A stretch of 64,000 bases of DNA from Salinivirgaceae bacterium. GTDB lineage: Bacteria; Bacteroidota; Bacteroidia; Bacteroidales; SZUA-534. Below, one piece after another: positions 10,901-19,489 of this stretch. Under the pieces are notes generated by a model. It made no database searches. It was not told the origin of the DNA and worked only from the letters and a program-made list of their open reading frames with translations. Within the stretch, counting starts at the first letter, position 1; each line of letters starts with the position of its first letter. A program made the position numbers and the translations under genes. Location: the NCBI GenBank assembly GCA_024405635.1, contig JAKSOL010000004.1:1-64000 (forward strand), in the 5' to 3' direction.

Positions 10901-12417
10901 AAATCCCAGTTTGGAAATTTTGGGGTGAAGTTTGTGCCCTTAAGCAGTTTTACAATAAGGCAACTGGGGCTAGTTATTCCGTCGTTTGAAAATTCACCAA
11001 CCTTGTAGGTTTGGCCATTCATTGTGTACTCAAAAGCCACGGCTAAAACCTCGTCGCTATTGAGTGCTGTGTTGAGCGAAATGTAACCCAACTTTGAGTT
11101 TACGGTATATTCCGAAGGGTTTAACTTGCGAGCATATTCAACTTTTTCGTAGTTGCGCGAACCTTGAAAATCAACGTCGGAAAGTACGCGAGTAACTTGG
11201 TCAATGTCGCGCACATTGTCAAGCGATAGCAACGATTGGTAAAGGTTGTTTGCCTCGTTGTCGGGGCCGTCAAAGTGCATAAAACTGATGCGTTTGTCAA
11301 CCGTAGCAAGTTCTTTTCGGCCATATAGTTCATACTCGCGTTGTTCTTCGGCAAGGTCCATAAAAGCCACAATGTTTCGGGCATTTTCAGTCGATCGTTT
11401 GGTGTTTGTTACCCAAACCTCAAGTTTGGTAATGTCAACCGACGACATAATGATTGGCAACTGGCGCAAGGCTTTGTCGTATTGTTGGCGGAAAAAGTGC
11501 GACAGAAAGAAGTGTCGGTTTTTATCGTAGTCAACGGCATCAATGTCAAAAGTGTTGGTTTGTGCGCCACCTTGAGTGGTTATGGTTTTCGATTCGCCTT
11601 TTTGTTGCGACAAAACAGTTGACACATACAACTTGCCAAATTTTAGTTCGGTAAGCACACCAAACAAACTTTGGCTACCGTTTATAAGCGAAGTGCTAAG
11701 CGGAAGCGAAACGTTTCCTGCCTCAATTTTTTGGATAATATCGTCTTCTTTGCCCTTAAATTTTAGGTTTGCGGTGTTGTCAAAATCAAATTGCGATTCG
11801 GTGTCGTAACTGATTTTCATCTCCAAATTGTCGCCAATTTTACCAGTTACGCTCATCTGAATCTCTTCATCAAAATCGAAAACCGTTTGTCGGCGCAGCG
11901 ACTGCACAATGCTCGGGTTGGCATTGTTGGTTATTTTTAATCCAAATTTGAGCGACGCTGTACCTTGTGGTTTAATGTCGATAACATCGCTACCAAAAAT
12001 GGTTTCAAACAATTCGTTGTTTACGCTGATGCGTGTAAAGCTATTGCCTTGACGCTCAAAGTTTTCGTTTTGGTATCGTTGGCGCCAGTATTTTTGTAGC
12101 GATTGCTGAATTTGGTATTGGCCGTACTCCTCGCGCGACATGGAAAACGGTGCGCTTGTGCTAAACGAACCTACTTTTCGGCTAATAACGTAGCTGTCGG
12201 TTTCCTCATCGTACTCAACCTCGGTTTTAATGTTCGATGGGTCTTTAAGGTTCAGGTTCGATGTTGGTCGGCTTGGCTCGTATGGTGTCGATTTTTCTTT
12301 TTGAATAGGGAACCGAGTTGCAGTACTATCGGTTCGCGCTATGCTTAAATTGCTTATAATCAAGCATAACGCCGCTAGTATGCAGCGCATAGGTTTAATA
12401 TTCAAATCAAAAATCAT
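4909..12417 (-). CDS. sprA: T9SS outer-membrane translocon SprA/Sov
   Basis: 2502 aa; motifs FDFDEEIQMSVTGKIG, EDDIIQKIEAGNVSLPL, GYNRAKLAWY, SIRFMRMFL, EVWVNELRL; conserved ruvA-sprA order. Confidence 0.95.
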   Translation of the reverse strand: MIFDLNIKPMRCILAALCLIISNLSIARTDSTATRFPIQKEKSTPYEPSRPTSNLNLKDPSNIKTEVEYDEETDSYVISRKVGSFSTSAPFSMSREEYGQYQIQQSLQKYWRQRYQNENFERQGNSFTRISVNNELFETIFGSDVIDIKPQGTASLKFGLKITNNANPSIVQSLRRQTVFDFDEEIQMSVTGKIGDNLEMKISYDTESQFDFDNTANLKFKGKEDDIIQKIEAGNVSLPLSTSLINGSQSLFGVLTELKFGKLYVSTVLSQQKGESKTITTQGGAQTNTFDIDAVDYDKNRHFFLSHFFRQQYDKALRQLPIIMSSVDITKLEVWVTNTKRSTENARNIVAFMDLAEEQREYELYGRKELATVDKRISFMHFDGPDNEANNLYQSLLSLDNVRDIDQVTRVLSDVDFQGSRNYEKVEYARKLNPSEYTVNSKLGYISLNTALNSDEVLAVAFEYTMNGQTYKVGEFSNDGITSPSCLIVKLLKGTNFTPKFPNWDLMMKNIYSLGAYQINSDDFVLEVEYYDNKNRVRKLTNPLLSDEIRSTKLLNLMRLDRLNSKNDYVKGGNGFFDFVPGLTIVQQNGRIIFPVVEPFGGHLADTLGNALAIKQYVFQELYDSTQYKAQQVTSKSKFYLKGSYKSQGGDEIMLNSFNIPEGSVVVTAGGITLTENVDYRVDYSMGRVKILNESYLVSGTPIKISLESNSTFNMMTKTLLGTHLDYRFSDKFNLGGTVMRLTEKPTTTKVNIGEDPISNTIWGLDGAYETDLPFLTKIIDKLPLIETKETSSMAVTGEFAQLIPGHNKAVSKAGEVYIDDFESSEASFDMTSRDAWTLASIPQDNIFPEAAYYNNLASGYNRAKLAWYKIDPLMFQSGSPMSRDEQSKLQCYRVPELNIYPNRDQSTGEATYLTTFDLAYDPTQRGPYNYSVNDYDANGRFRTPASKWAGIMRETTTKNFETSNIEYLEFWMMDPFVEEDSANTGGQLYFNFGNVSEDVLKDGRKSYENGLPTSTNGLNYDITVWGRVPAVQTSTSSFVNEESQRTQQDVGLDGMNSDDEQVFFSSFLDLLKAIVTNPEAFSQFKNDPSGDDYHYFRGSDYDDEKLSIVDRYMNFNNMEGNSPVSNGSTTTYATSRPDVEDINGDYTLSESESYFQYKVDLYKEGLQVGSNYIVDERTVTNSMPNSQRKTVKWYLFRIPLKSSQRQQIGDIEDFTSIRFMRMFLHGWEQKIVLRFATLELVKGDWYTYDYNLKEGDERLTLGNENIDESAAALSVSTVNIEENGSRSPVNYLLPPGVTREQDPSQTQLVELNEQSMSIRVDNLADGYSKAIYKNSLIDMRNYKKLKMFIHAEARGDESSLNDNDITCFIRIGQDYTENYYEYEVPLKLTPWWTSRAYPDNNTNRLLVWPEENNMEIVFDELIDAKLERNREIDNGSTTVSNTKPYVVITNNRGTKRKITVMGNPNIAVVKSLMIGIRNPLKKDNVFSNNDDGLEKDVEVWVNELRLTDFNEDGGWAATGSMNFKLADLGSVSMAGSTTQAGFGSIEQSTSERAMEQTNQFDVSANINLGKFFPKNANVRLPVFASYSRMAVNPEYNPYNQDVKVKNELKKKNREQKKEYLSEIQELTERKSISITNAGLGPINRKKDENKNNDTDKDDKSARKRNNSQSQSKTHFYSPENFSVSYAYTQENYSDHNIAYDKTNTHKGALNYTFNNKPKAIEPFKKMKVMRKPYLRIIGDVNFYLAPTQIAMRTGMEREYNETLLRNSRLSITSAGEDYRPTYNKTFDWEREISIKYNLSKGIKFTWLMNTLTEIEEPEGLIDKELRTEYQQYKKDVWESILEGGMAVDHNQKFSASYTVPINKIPLFDWTTLTLRYNSSYRWLRGNETEDPSLNPGNTIDNTNQKNANAQANLTNLYKKVKYLSDLDKKYKQTRDKRKKETFEDVTISQKFKAKKGIQKSVTHNLGTEEDITVKVVDANGTEVKSRFTIANANRVLVTIDSDIKDATVTISGRRKKKDSAAQIIWEGTVLAVTGFKNLSAAYTESNASSLAGYTPEYSFANLSTNPGWAFVFGWQDADLANKAALKGQSISNTDLIQPFLMTNSQRWDFKATYQPVKALKVDFNGQRTINHRTSEYFLAGDFDSQTNQYSVSRSTKMESGGYNVNVWTLNTAFNKRPTEKNLQSESFTQFRTNLRSVAWQKAEERRGKAPAFFGSYNPTFNPDLMPAGYAISNPEVAVPAFLAAYTGTNVHGKKLDFTAWSFFRPGWKVKYDGLINYEPFAKRFKTIAISHSYTSAFAVSSFVTNTRYNYTQAASPICNYMSWATSEVNTNMFVPKFDINSFSITETFAPFLGVDMTWKNSLSTKFELKKSRTITMNLTNCQLLEVHRNEYVVGAGYRFDQVVLPFKNRKGEPFVSDINVRADFTLSDNITVTRDMILMSNEITAGQLGMALDLSGEYEINEKVTLRLYYDYNLTSPKTSNSYRNSTTEFGFSLKFSLAKL

Positions 12418-12424
12418 TTACTAA

Positions 12425-13006
12425 CTAAATAGTCTTTAAGGCTTTCTTCACCAAGTCTTCAACACTTAAATTGGGTTCTTGCTGAACAATTTTGTCAAGC
12501 ACTTTTTCAACTGTGGTTTGAGCAAAGCCCAGCATTACCAATGCTGATAACGCTTCGTTTCGGCTAGTATTGTTTTGAGTGGTTAAAAAATCACCACTTG
12601 TGTCGGCTTTTCCAATTTTGTCTTTCAAATCGACAATGATGCGTTGTGCTGTTTTGGCACCCACTCCTTTTGCTGAACTTATTGTGCGAGCATCGCCGTT
12701 GGCAATGGCGGTTTTTAGTTCGTCGGGCGACAGGGCAGACAAAATCATGCGTGCAGTGCTGGCGCCTACTCCGCTAACCGATAGCAAAAGGCGAAAAATT
12801 TCGCGTTCGGTTTTTGAACTAAACCCGTAAAGTTCGTTTGTTGTTTCGCTAATTGATTGATGCACAAACAATACCGCTTGGTTTTTGCCTTCGAGTGCGG
12901 CAAATGTGTTCAATGTTATTTGCATCAAATAACCAATTCCTTGATTATCAATAACTACCGCAGCCGGATTAAGGTCGGCCACTTTTCCTTGAATATATTC
13001 GTACAT
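12425..13006 (-). CDS. ruvA: Holliday junction branch migration protein RuvA
   Basis: MYEYIQGK start, HhH motifs SVSGVG and GVGAKTAQRI, EALSALVMLGF; ATG at 13006 preferred because a -7 element (TACTTTTG, 13029-13036) lies inside the longer ORF. Confidence 0.95.
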   Translation of the reverse strand: MYEYIQGKVADLNPAAVVIDNQGIGYLMQITLNTFAALEGKNQAVLFVHQSISETTNELYGFSSKTEREIFRLLLSVSGVGASTARMILSALSPDELKTAIANGDARTISSAKGVGAKTAQRIIVDLKDKIGKADTSGDFLTTQNNTSRNEALSALVMLGFAQTTVEKVLDKIVQQEPNLSVEDLVKKALKTI

Positions 13007-13160
13007 ATTGTGTTTTTCGAAAACCGCACAAAAGTAGAAAAAACACAGTATCAATCACTTAAAACGCTTGTTGCAATTGGCTTTTGTGCAATAATTTGGC
13101 AGCATTAATGTCAAATTTACTTTGCTGAGTATGCATCTGTTTTGATTGGTGCAATTTTGG

Positions 13161-14747
13161 TTACGCTTTGTGGTCCGAAACTTTGAGCAAAGCGCTGTAA
13201 ACTGCAGCATAAAAAACCACTCCAGCTTGGAATTTTAGAGTGTCTTCAACCATCATATTCACCAAAATGATTATCACAAAAAGTGGGAGTAGCGGATGAC
13301 GGTTTTTTACCATTAGCAGCGGTAAAAACATACTTACCATGCACAGCGTGAAACCAACTATGCCGAACATGGCCAAAAAACTTAAGAACTGGTTGTGTGG
13401 TGGTTTTTGAAATTCTGGTAATAGTCGGCTGCCTATTTCGTCAAAAGTGACGGTCATTTGGTCCATTAAGTCGCCGCTGCCAACGCCAAACCATAGGTTT
13501 TTGTGGGTTATGTGCAAAGCTGCATGCCAAAATTCAAACCGCATACAAACGCTTTTTCCGTTAGCGTCGCCGTAGCGCAAAAAGCGGTCGAGTTCCCAAA
13601 GCAATTCGTACACTTTAATGTAAATGTGGTTGCGATTTTTGTACACACAATTGGCATTTCCTTGTTCAATTTGCCAAATGTCTTCGAGCGATAAATGGCG
13701 AACTCCCATTCGGTCTTTTGGTAACCCGAGCGAGGTTATGTATCTAATTATGGTTGAATTTATATGCTGACCTTTTGCATCAATGCTATCAAATGCAATG
13801 CGTGAGCGTTGGTTCCAAGCTTTGCGTAGTTCGGTTTCGCAAATAAATTGGTAAACCAAATGCCCATTTTCGCAATCGGTGGCAATGGTGTCGTGCCTGT
13901 ATTCGTGTCCAAAGACGGTAAATTGTGGCAGTTGTTGGTTTTGATAACGGTTTTCAAATTGCTCGTCCCACACGTGGGTTATGAATAACAGACCTGTACA
14001 AACAACGGTAAAAAGAAAAATCATGATTGCTGAACGATGCCATTTTTTTAGCAGCGGACATTCGCCCCAAATGGCGGTGTAGAGCATAATGGCTGCCATT
14101 GCTACCCAACACGATACCGATTGAAGCAGGAACAAAAACACCATGAACCATAGTGCTACAATGCACAACAAAACTCGAACCCAAAGGCGCAATCGGTTTT
14201 GCCCAAATGCTTGATAGATGAGATAGGCTATGCCAAAAACTATCATCAGGCCAAATCGAATGTGCGAAATAAAGATTGACATTTGTCGCACATCGGTTAT
14301 TGGTTTGCCATCGGGCAGGTAGTAACCAAAACGCACTGCGGTGCATATTATGGAACCAACCAACATTGCAAGTACAAAAAATGTAGCCACTATGTTGTAT
14401 GCAGTTTTGCTTGGCGATGCTATTGATCCTATAACAAGCGGAATGATAAGTAGTGGCAGCTGGTGGTTTACAGCATTTAGCCCTTGACTTATGTTGCTTG
14501 TGTTGATAAGCCAAGCTGCATAAATAAAGGGCATAAGCATTATGGGCCACAAAAAACGGTTTTGGTTTAAGTAGTGTATTTTATTATCAAAACGAGCACT
14601 AATAATCCAAAATGCAGCAAGAGCGCCTGTGAATATTCCAGTAAAGTGCATCGACAATGGTAAACATGCCATTAGCCCAACAAAGAAAAAGGCCAACCAT
14701 TTTTGGTTCGCCTCATCTGAAAATATTCGTGAATGAAAGTTACTCAT
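13161..14747 (-). CDS. O-antigen ligase (WaaL/Wzy_C) family membrane protein
   Basis: Multi-TM protein; RFEFW...FGVGSGD and PHNQFL motifs; large periplasmic loop. Confidence 0.8.
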   Translation of the reverse strand: MSNFHSRIFSDEANQKWLAFFFVGLMACLPLSMHFTGIFTGALAAFWIISARFDNKIHYLNQNRFLWPIMLMPFIYAAWLINTSNISQGLNAVNHQLPLLIIPLVIGSIASPSKTAYNIVATFFVLAMLVGSIICTAVRFGYYLPDGKPITDVRQMSIFISHIRFGLMIVFGIAYLIYQAFGQNRLRLWVRVLLCIVALWFMVFLFLLQSVSCWVAMAAIMLYTAIWGECPLLKKWHRSAIMIFLFTVVCTGLLFITHVWDEQFENRYQNQQLPQFTVFGHEYRHDTIATDCENGHLVYQFICETELRKAWNQRSRIAFDSIDAKGQHINSTIIRYITSLGLPKDRMGVRHLSLEDIWQIEQGNANCVYKNRNHIYIKVYELLWELDRFLRYGDANGKSVCMRFEFWHAALHITHKNLWFGVGSGDLMDQMTVTFDEIGSRLLPEFQKPPHNQFLSFLAMFGIVGFTLCMVSMFLPLLMVKNRHPLLPLFVIIILVNMMVEDTLKFQAGVVFYAAVYSALLKVSDHKA

Positions 14748-14762
14748 TCGGTACAACTGGTG

Positions 14763-15581
14763 CTAATTCTTTTTGTAAAGAACTGTAATGTAGCCGTTTA
14801 ATGGATTGTAGCATGTTGTTCCTTCTTCAACTGTAATGGTGTAATAGTAAGTTCCGGGAGCTACTAAAGTGCCTTCGGGAGCATATCCGTCCCAAACAAG
14901 AAGGTTGCTGCCTGTGAGTTTGCACATGCGGTTGCCCCAGCGATTAAAAATCTCAAGTGTAAGAACATTTGGTTCGCCGCCTGCGTCAATAATAAACTGG
15001 TCGTTAATTCCGTCGCCGTTAGGGGTAAAAATGTTTGGAACAGCACAAACCACGTCAACATCAATTGCTTGGGTGGTGGCGGTGTCGCGGCATTTGTTTG
15101 CATCTTCAACAATAAGGTAAGCGTTAAAAGTGCCAGCAGCCGAGTAGTGGTGCTCGGTTGATTCGCCTTCGCCATTTGTGTTGTCGCCAAACACCCAATT
15201 GCATGTTAGTGGACCAAAGCCAGTGGTGCTTGTGCTTGTGAATTTCCACACACCGCTTTGCACTGTGGTGTCGGCAATAAACGATGCTTTTGGGTTGTCG
15301 TAAATAATAAGTTTTTCGGTTTCGGTAACAGGGTCGCCACCTTGCAACGAACCTGTGTGACTCACTGTGTATTCGCCTGCCGAGCTAAAGGTTAAGTTAA
15401 TGTCGTTGGTGTTGTAGGTTTTACCATCAACGTTCCAACTAACATTCTCAACGTTGGTTGTGCCTTTGTAAGTTATTTTAATTGAGTTGTTTACGCATGG
15501 AGCGCCGCTAAATGTTATGTTTTGTGCATTGGCGGTGGCAAGCATCGCTACAGCAATTATGGTAAGTGCAAATCGTTTCAT
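14763..15581 (-). CDS. Secreted PKD-domain protein with T9SS type-B C-terminal domain (CHU_C)
   Basis: Signal peptide from MKRFAL (15581); PKD WVFGD...HHYSAAG; CTD VPNIFTPNGDGINDQF, IFNRWG, WDG, GTYYY. Confidence 0.85.
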   Translation of the reverse strand: MKRFALTIIAVAMLATANAQNITFSGAPCVNNSIKITYKGTTNVENVSWNVDGKTYNTNDINLTFSSAGEYTVSHTGSLQGGDPVTETEKLIIYDNPKASFIADTTVQSGVWKFTSTSTTGFGPLTCNWVFGDNTNGEGESTEHHYSAAGTFNAYLIVEDANKCRDTATTQAIDVDVVCAVPNIFTPNGDGINDQFIIDAGGEPNVLTLEIFNRWGNRMCKLTGSNLLVWDGYAPEGTLVAPGTYYYTITVEEGTTCYNPLNGYITVLYKKN

Positions 15582-15652
15582 TTTGTGATATTTACATCTG
15601 ATAGGTTGCAAACTTAAATATTTTTAAGGGATTTATATAAATCGCTTTTAGT

Positions 15653-16753
15653 CTAAATGTTTTTTGTGAGTTTGCGAATCAACTTAAAGTTGCCGAAAAA
15701 TTCTTTGGCAACTACGCGCAAAACGGTGTAGGTTGGTATGGCTAAAATCATTCCCCAAATGCCGCTAAACGAACCTGCCATAAGTATAACTGCAAATATT
15801 TCAAGCGGATGGGCGTTTACACTTGTTGAGTAAATAATGGGCTGAAAAAATGCGTCGTCGAGCAGTTTTGCAACAAGTATAGTAAGCAAAATACCAACTA
15901 CAATTAGTAGTCCATTTGTGTCGGGTGAGGTTGTAACTACATCAAGGTAGTTTATTATTATGGCAATGCCGCCTCCAATCCACGACCCAATAAACGGAAT
16001 GATGTTCAAAAATCCCACAATGGCGCCGCAAAGCACTGCGTTTTCAACGCTGATGCCAATTATTAGCAGACCAATAGTAACTACTGAAAAAACGGCAAAC
16101 ACGTCAATCAGCATGCCCACAAAATAACGAGTAAGCAGTTTGCGATTTTTGTTCATAATTACTTCAACTTCACCAACATAACGGTCGGGAACTACGGCCA
16201 TTACTATGCTTTTAAATAGTAGGTGGTCTTTTAAGAAAAAGAAGGTGAAAAACGATATGGAGAAAAGCGCAATGCCAAGTTCTTTAATGGTGCCTGTAAT
16301 GCCGCTAACCATGCCCGGCAAAAGGTTGATGCTCATTAAACTCTCTAGCTTTTCGCGAAAGTAAACGGTTGTGTCTAAGTAGTTTAGGTTAATGCCGTAG
16401 TGTTGCAGCAAGTCTTTTAGTTTAAAAATTGGTTGTTGCAGTTGAACCACTACGGTGGTGTAGTCTATTTCGGCTAAGTGTTTGGTTTCGTATGCCAAAA
16501 GTGGAATTAGGTTGTAAAAAATGAGTATAAACACAAACCAAAATAGAGTCAAAGTTACAGCTGCGCCAAATGCGGTTGATAGGTTTTTGCCAAACAACTT
16601 TATTCGGTTTATTTGAGTTACTAACGGCCTGCCAATAATCGATAGCACAACCGATATGATTATGTACACCACTATTTGGCGAAAAAACCATAATCCAGCT
16701 ATCATTAGTATTGTTCCAATAGCTATAATCAACAATCGTAAATGACGGTTCAT
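15653..16753 (-). CDS. AI-2E family transporter
   Basis: Multi-TM; FFFLKD, NIIPFIG, QPIIYS..VNAHP, GMILAIP motifs. Confidence 0.88.
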   Translation of the reverse strand: MNRHLRLLIIAIGTILMIAGLWFFRQIVVYIIISVVLSIIGRPLVTQINRIKLFGKNLSTAFGAAVTLTLFWFVFILIFYNLIPLLAYETKHLAEIDYTTVVVQLQQPIFKLKDLLQHYGINLNYLDTTVYFREKLESLMSINLLPGMVSGITGTIKELGIALFSISFFTFFFLKDHLLFKSIVMAVVPDRYVGEVEVIMNKNRKLLTRYFVGMLIDVFAVFSVVTIGLLIIGISVENAVLCGAIVGFLNIIPFIGSWIGGGIAIIINYLDVVTTSPDTNGLLIVVGILLTILVAKLLDDAFFQPIIYSTSVNAHPLEIFAVILMAGSFSGIWGMILAIPTYTVLRVVAKEFFGNFKLIRKLTKNI

Positions 16754-16786
16754 ATTGTTCTAATAATCAATGTGTTGCATTGTTGG

Positions 16787-17827
16787 CTAATCAACAATCA
16801 AATAGTCGCCAACCACAGGGCGGTGGTCCGAAATGTCGGAGCGCAATGTGCGGAACTCTTTGCATTGCAATTGGTTGCTGAAAAATATGTAATCGATTCG
16901 TAATCCAAAAATAAAACTGGTGAAAGTAGTACCCCAACCTTTACCTGCAACGCGGTGCGAGTCGTGGGCAACGTTGTGTAGCGAGTGATAAAGGTACGAT
17001 GACGGAGTGTCGTTCATGTCGCCACAAATTAGGGTTGGGTATGGCGATTGTTCAATTTCGCTACGAAGGCGGGCCACCTGAGCTCCTTTTTTGTTGTAGC
17101 CTTGGCGCAGTTTGGTGGTTAGTGATTGTATTTCTTTTTTGTTTGTATTGGTGGGCGCGTTAACTGTGCCAATGTTTTTTTGAGTAAGACTCATCGACTG
17201 CAAGTGGCAGCAAAATACGCGAATGGTGTCGGTTTTTACTTTTATGTCGGCATAAAAAAAGCCGTTTGCCGAGTGCGGAAATGCAAAATCGTCGTTTGCA
17301 TTTACAATGGGGAATTTGCTGTAAATGGCGCGACCAATTTTGTTGCTTTGCGTGTGTAGTTGTGCGTATTTGTATTGCTTTTTTAGTTGTGCCGGAATGT
17401 TACCATAGTTGCTCCCGTTGTACGATTCGGTAAGGCAAAGAATATCGGGTTTTTCGGTGTTAAGTAGTTTTAAAAATTCTGATGTGCGAGGTTTGCCTTC
17501 GTGCACGCCTAAGGTGCGCACGTTGTAGCTCATTACTTTTATTAGTGTGCCGTTGTTGTCGGCATTGGTTGAATAAAAATAGTCGGAGTATCGTGGAGCA
17601 AAAATCAGCAGCGAAATGGCGGAAAGTAAAAAGTGCCATTTGCGTAAAACTATCCACCAAGCAACAAAGCAAAGGTTGATTATTGCAAAAAAGTTGAACG
17701 ATAGAGCTGCAAGTGCGGTCAGTGTGTGTTCGGGCGAAATGTGGAATGATGCGCCCGACAAAAACAAACAAAGGACAAATCCTATGTTAACTATAAAGAT
17801 TAAATGCTTTAGCAGTTTACGTAGCAT
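16787..17827 (-). CDS. Endonuclease/exonuclease/phosphatase (EEP) family protein with N-terminal TM helices
   Basis: SYNV, DILCLTE, CGDMND, RIDYIF and SDHRPV motifs. Confidence 0.88.
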   Translation of the reverse strand: MLRKLLKHLIFIVNIGFVLCLFLSGASFHISPEHTLTALAALSFNFFAIINLCFVAWWIVLRKWHFLLSAISLLIFAPRYSDYFYSTNADNNGTLIKVMSYNVRTLGVHEGKPRTSEFLKLLNTEKPDILCLTESYNGSNYGNIPAQLKKQYKYAQLHTQSNKIGRAIYSKFPIVNANDDFAFPHSANGFFYADIKVKTDTIRVFCCHLQSMSLTQKNIGTVNAPTNTNKKEIQSLTTKLRQGYNKKGAQVARLRSEIEQSPYPTLICGDMNDTPSSYLYHSLHNVAHDSHRVAGKGWGTTFTSFIFGLRIDYIFFSNQLQCKEFRTLRSDISDHRPVVGDYLIVD

Positions 17828-17867
17828 GATTTGTCCTTTGTCAGTCAAGGAAGAATCTTGTTGGCGA

Positions 17868-19160
17868 TTATTTAATCACCAACAAGAAGTAGTTCTTTTT
17901 GCCTTTTTGGGCCAATATGTATTTGCCATTTAGTAGGCTTTCGGTGCCAATGGTTTGGTCAAATGCGGCAAGTTTTTCTTTGTTAAGCATAACGCCACCG
18001 CCTTGAACCATTTTGCGCATTTCGCCTTTTGATGCAAAAACTTGAGCGTTGTCGGTAAGTAAATCAACGGCTTTAACGCCATTTTCAATAACCGATTTGT
18101 CAATTTCGAATTGAGGAACGCCGCTGAAAACGTCGAGCAATGTGGCTTCGTCGAGTTTCAAAAGCGAGTCTTTGGTTGCTTTTCCAAACAAAATGTCGCT
18201 AGCTTCAACGGCTGCGTTGTAGTCGGCCTCAGAGTGAACCATAATGGTAACTTCTTTAGCAAGGCGTTTTTGTAGTTTACGTTGTCCTGGGTCAGTTTGG
18301 TGCTCGGCAATAAGGCTATCAATTTCGTCTTTCTCCATCGAGGTAAAGATTTTAATGTAGCGTTCAGCGTCGGCATCGCTTACGTTAAGCCAGAATTGGA
18401 AGAATTTGTAGGGCGATGTGTATTCGCGACTTAACCAAACGTTTCCGCTTTCGGTTTTGCCAAATTTGCCACCATCGGCTTTGGTTATAAGAGGGCAAGT
18501 AAGTGCAAAAGCCTCGCCGCCTGTTGTTCGGCGAATTAGCTCGGTGCCAGTTGTAATGTTTCCCCATTGGTCGGAGCCACCCATTTGCAACTTGCAGTTT
18601 TTGTGTTGGTTAAGGTACAAAAAGTCGTAGCCTTGAAGTAGTTGGTAGGTGAATTCGGTAAACGACAAACCGTCGCGGGCTTCGCCGTTTAAGCGTTTTT
18701 GAACCGAATCTTTTGCCATCATATAGTTAACGGTAATGTGCTTGCCAATGTCGCGAGCAAAGTCGAGGAAAGTAAAGTCTTTCATCCAATCGTAGTTGTT
18801 CACAAGTTCGGCTTTGTTTGGTGCATCGCTTTCAAAATCAAGAAAATGGCTCAACTGAGCTTTGATGCATTCAACATTGTGGCGAAGTGTTTCTTCGTTA
18901 AGCAAATTGCGTTCTTGCGATTTGCCTGAAGGGTCGCCAATCATACCTGTTGCTCCGCCAATTAAAGCCAATGGTTTGTGACCGCAACGTTGGAAATGGC
19001 GTAGCATCATAATGCCGCACAAGTGACCAATGTGCAACGAGTCGGCTGTTGGGTCAATACCAACGTATGCCGTAACCATCTCTTTTTCTAGCAGTTCGTC
19101 TGTTCCTGGCATCATGGTGTGAACCATGCCTCGCCATTGTAATTCTTCTACAAAGTTCAT
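17868..19160 (-). CDS. tyrS: Tyrosine--tRNA ligase
   Basis: HIGH (SLHIGH), [17 protein letters not shown]-terminal S4 domain. Confidence 0.97.
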   Translation of the reverse strand: MNFVEELQWRGMVHTMMPGTDELLEKEMVTAYVGIDPTADSLHIGHLCGIMMLRHFQRCGHKPLALIGGATGMIGDPSGKSQERNLLNEETLRHNVECIKAQLSHFLDFESDAPNKAELVNNYDWMKDFTFLDFARDIGKHITVNYMMAKDSVQKRLNGEARDGLSFTEFTYQLLQGYDFLYLNQHKNCKLQMGGSDQWGNITTGTELIRRTTGGEAFALTCPLITKADGGKFGKTESGNVWLSREYTSPYKFFQFWLNVSDADAERYIKIFTSMEKDEIDSLIAEHQTDPGQRKLQKRLAKEVTIMVHSEADYNAAVEASDILFGKATKDSLLKLDEATLLDVFSGVPQFEIDKSVIENGVKAVDLLTDNAQVFASKGEMRKMVQGGGVMLNKEKLAAFDQTIGTESLLNGKYILAQKGKKNYFLLVIK

Positions 19161-19356
19161 CGAATGATTAAAAAATATTAGCGCGCGAAGTTAACCTAAA
19201 ATTCAATAAAACGAAGTTTGTGTATGGGGCGTTAACTTGTTGGTTTAATTATTGTGAGTGCGATAGTGTGTAACGGTTTTTTACAACCCATTGTGGATTA
19301 ATAAAGTTGCGAAGTCTGTAAAAAAACATAAGTCATTAAATTTCATTCTTCTAAAT

Positions 19357-19404
19357 AAAAAAGCCTACCGAGCGTGTTAAATATTTGTTGCTCAGTAGGC
19401 TTTT
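19357..19404 (-). terminator. Intrinsic terminator after the GH9 gene
   Basis: AAAAGCCTACCGAGC...GCTCAGTAGGCTTTT stem with a T run on the minus strand. Confidence 0.7.
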
Positions 19405-19489
19405 ATGTTGGGTTGCTTAATACAACTCTAAGGCTTGCTGAGTTTATAAAATCTTAACTCAGCAAATGTGTAGCCGATTGTTTTTATAG

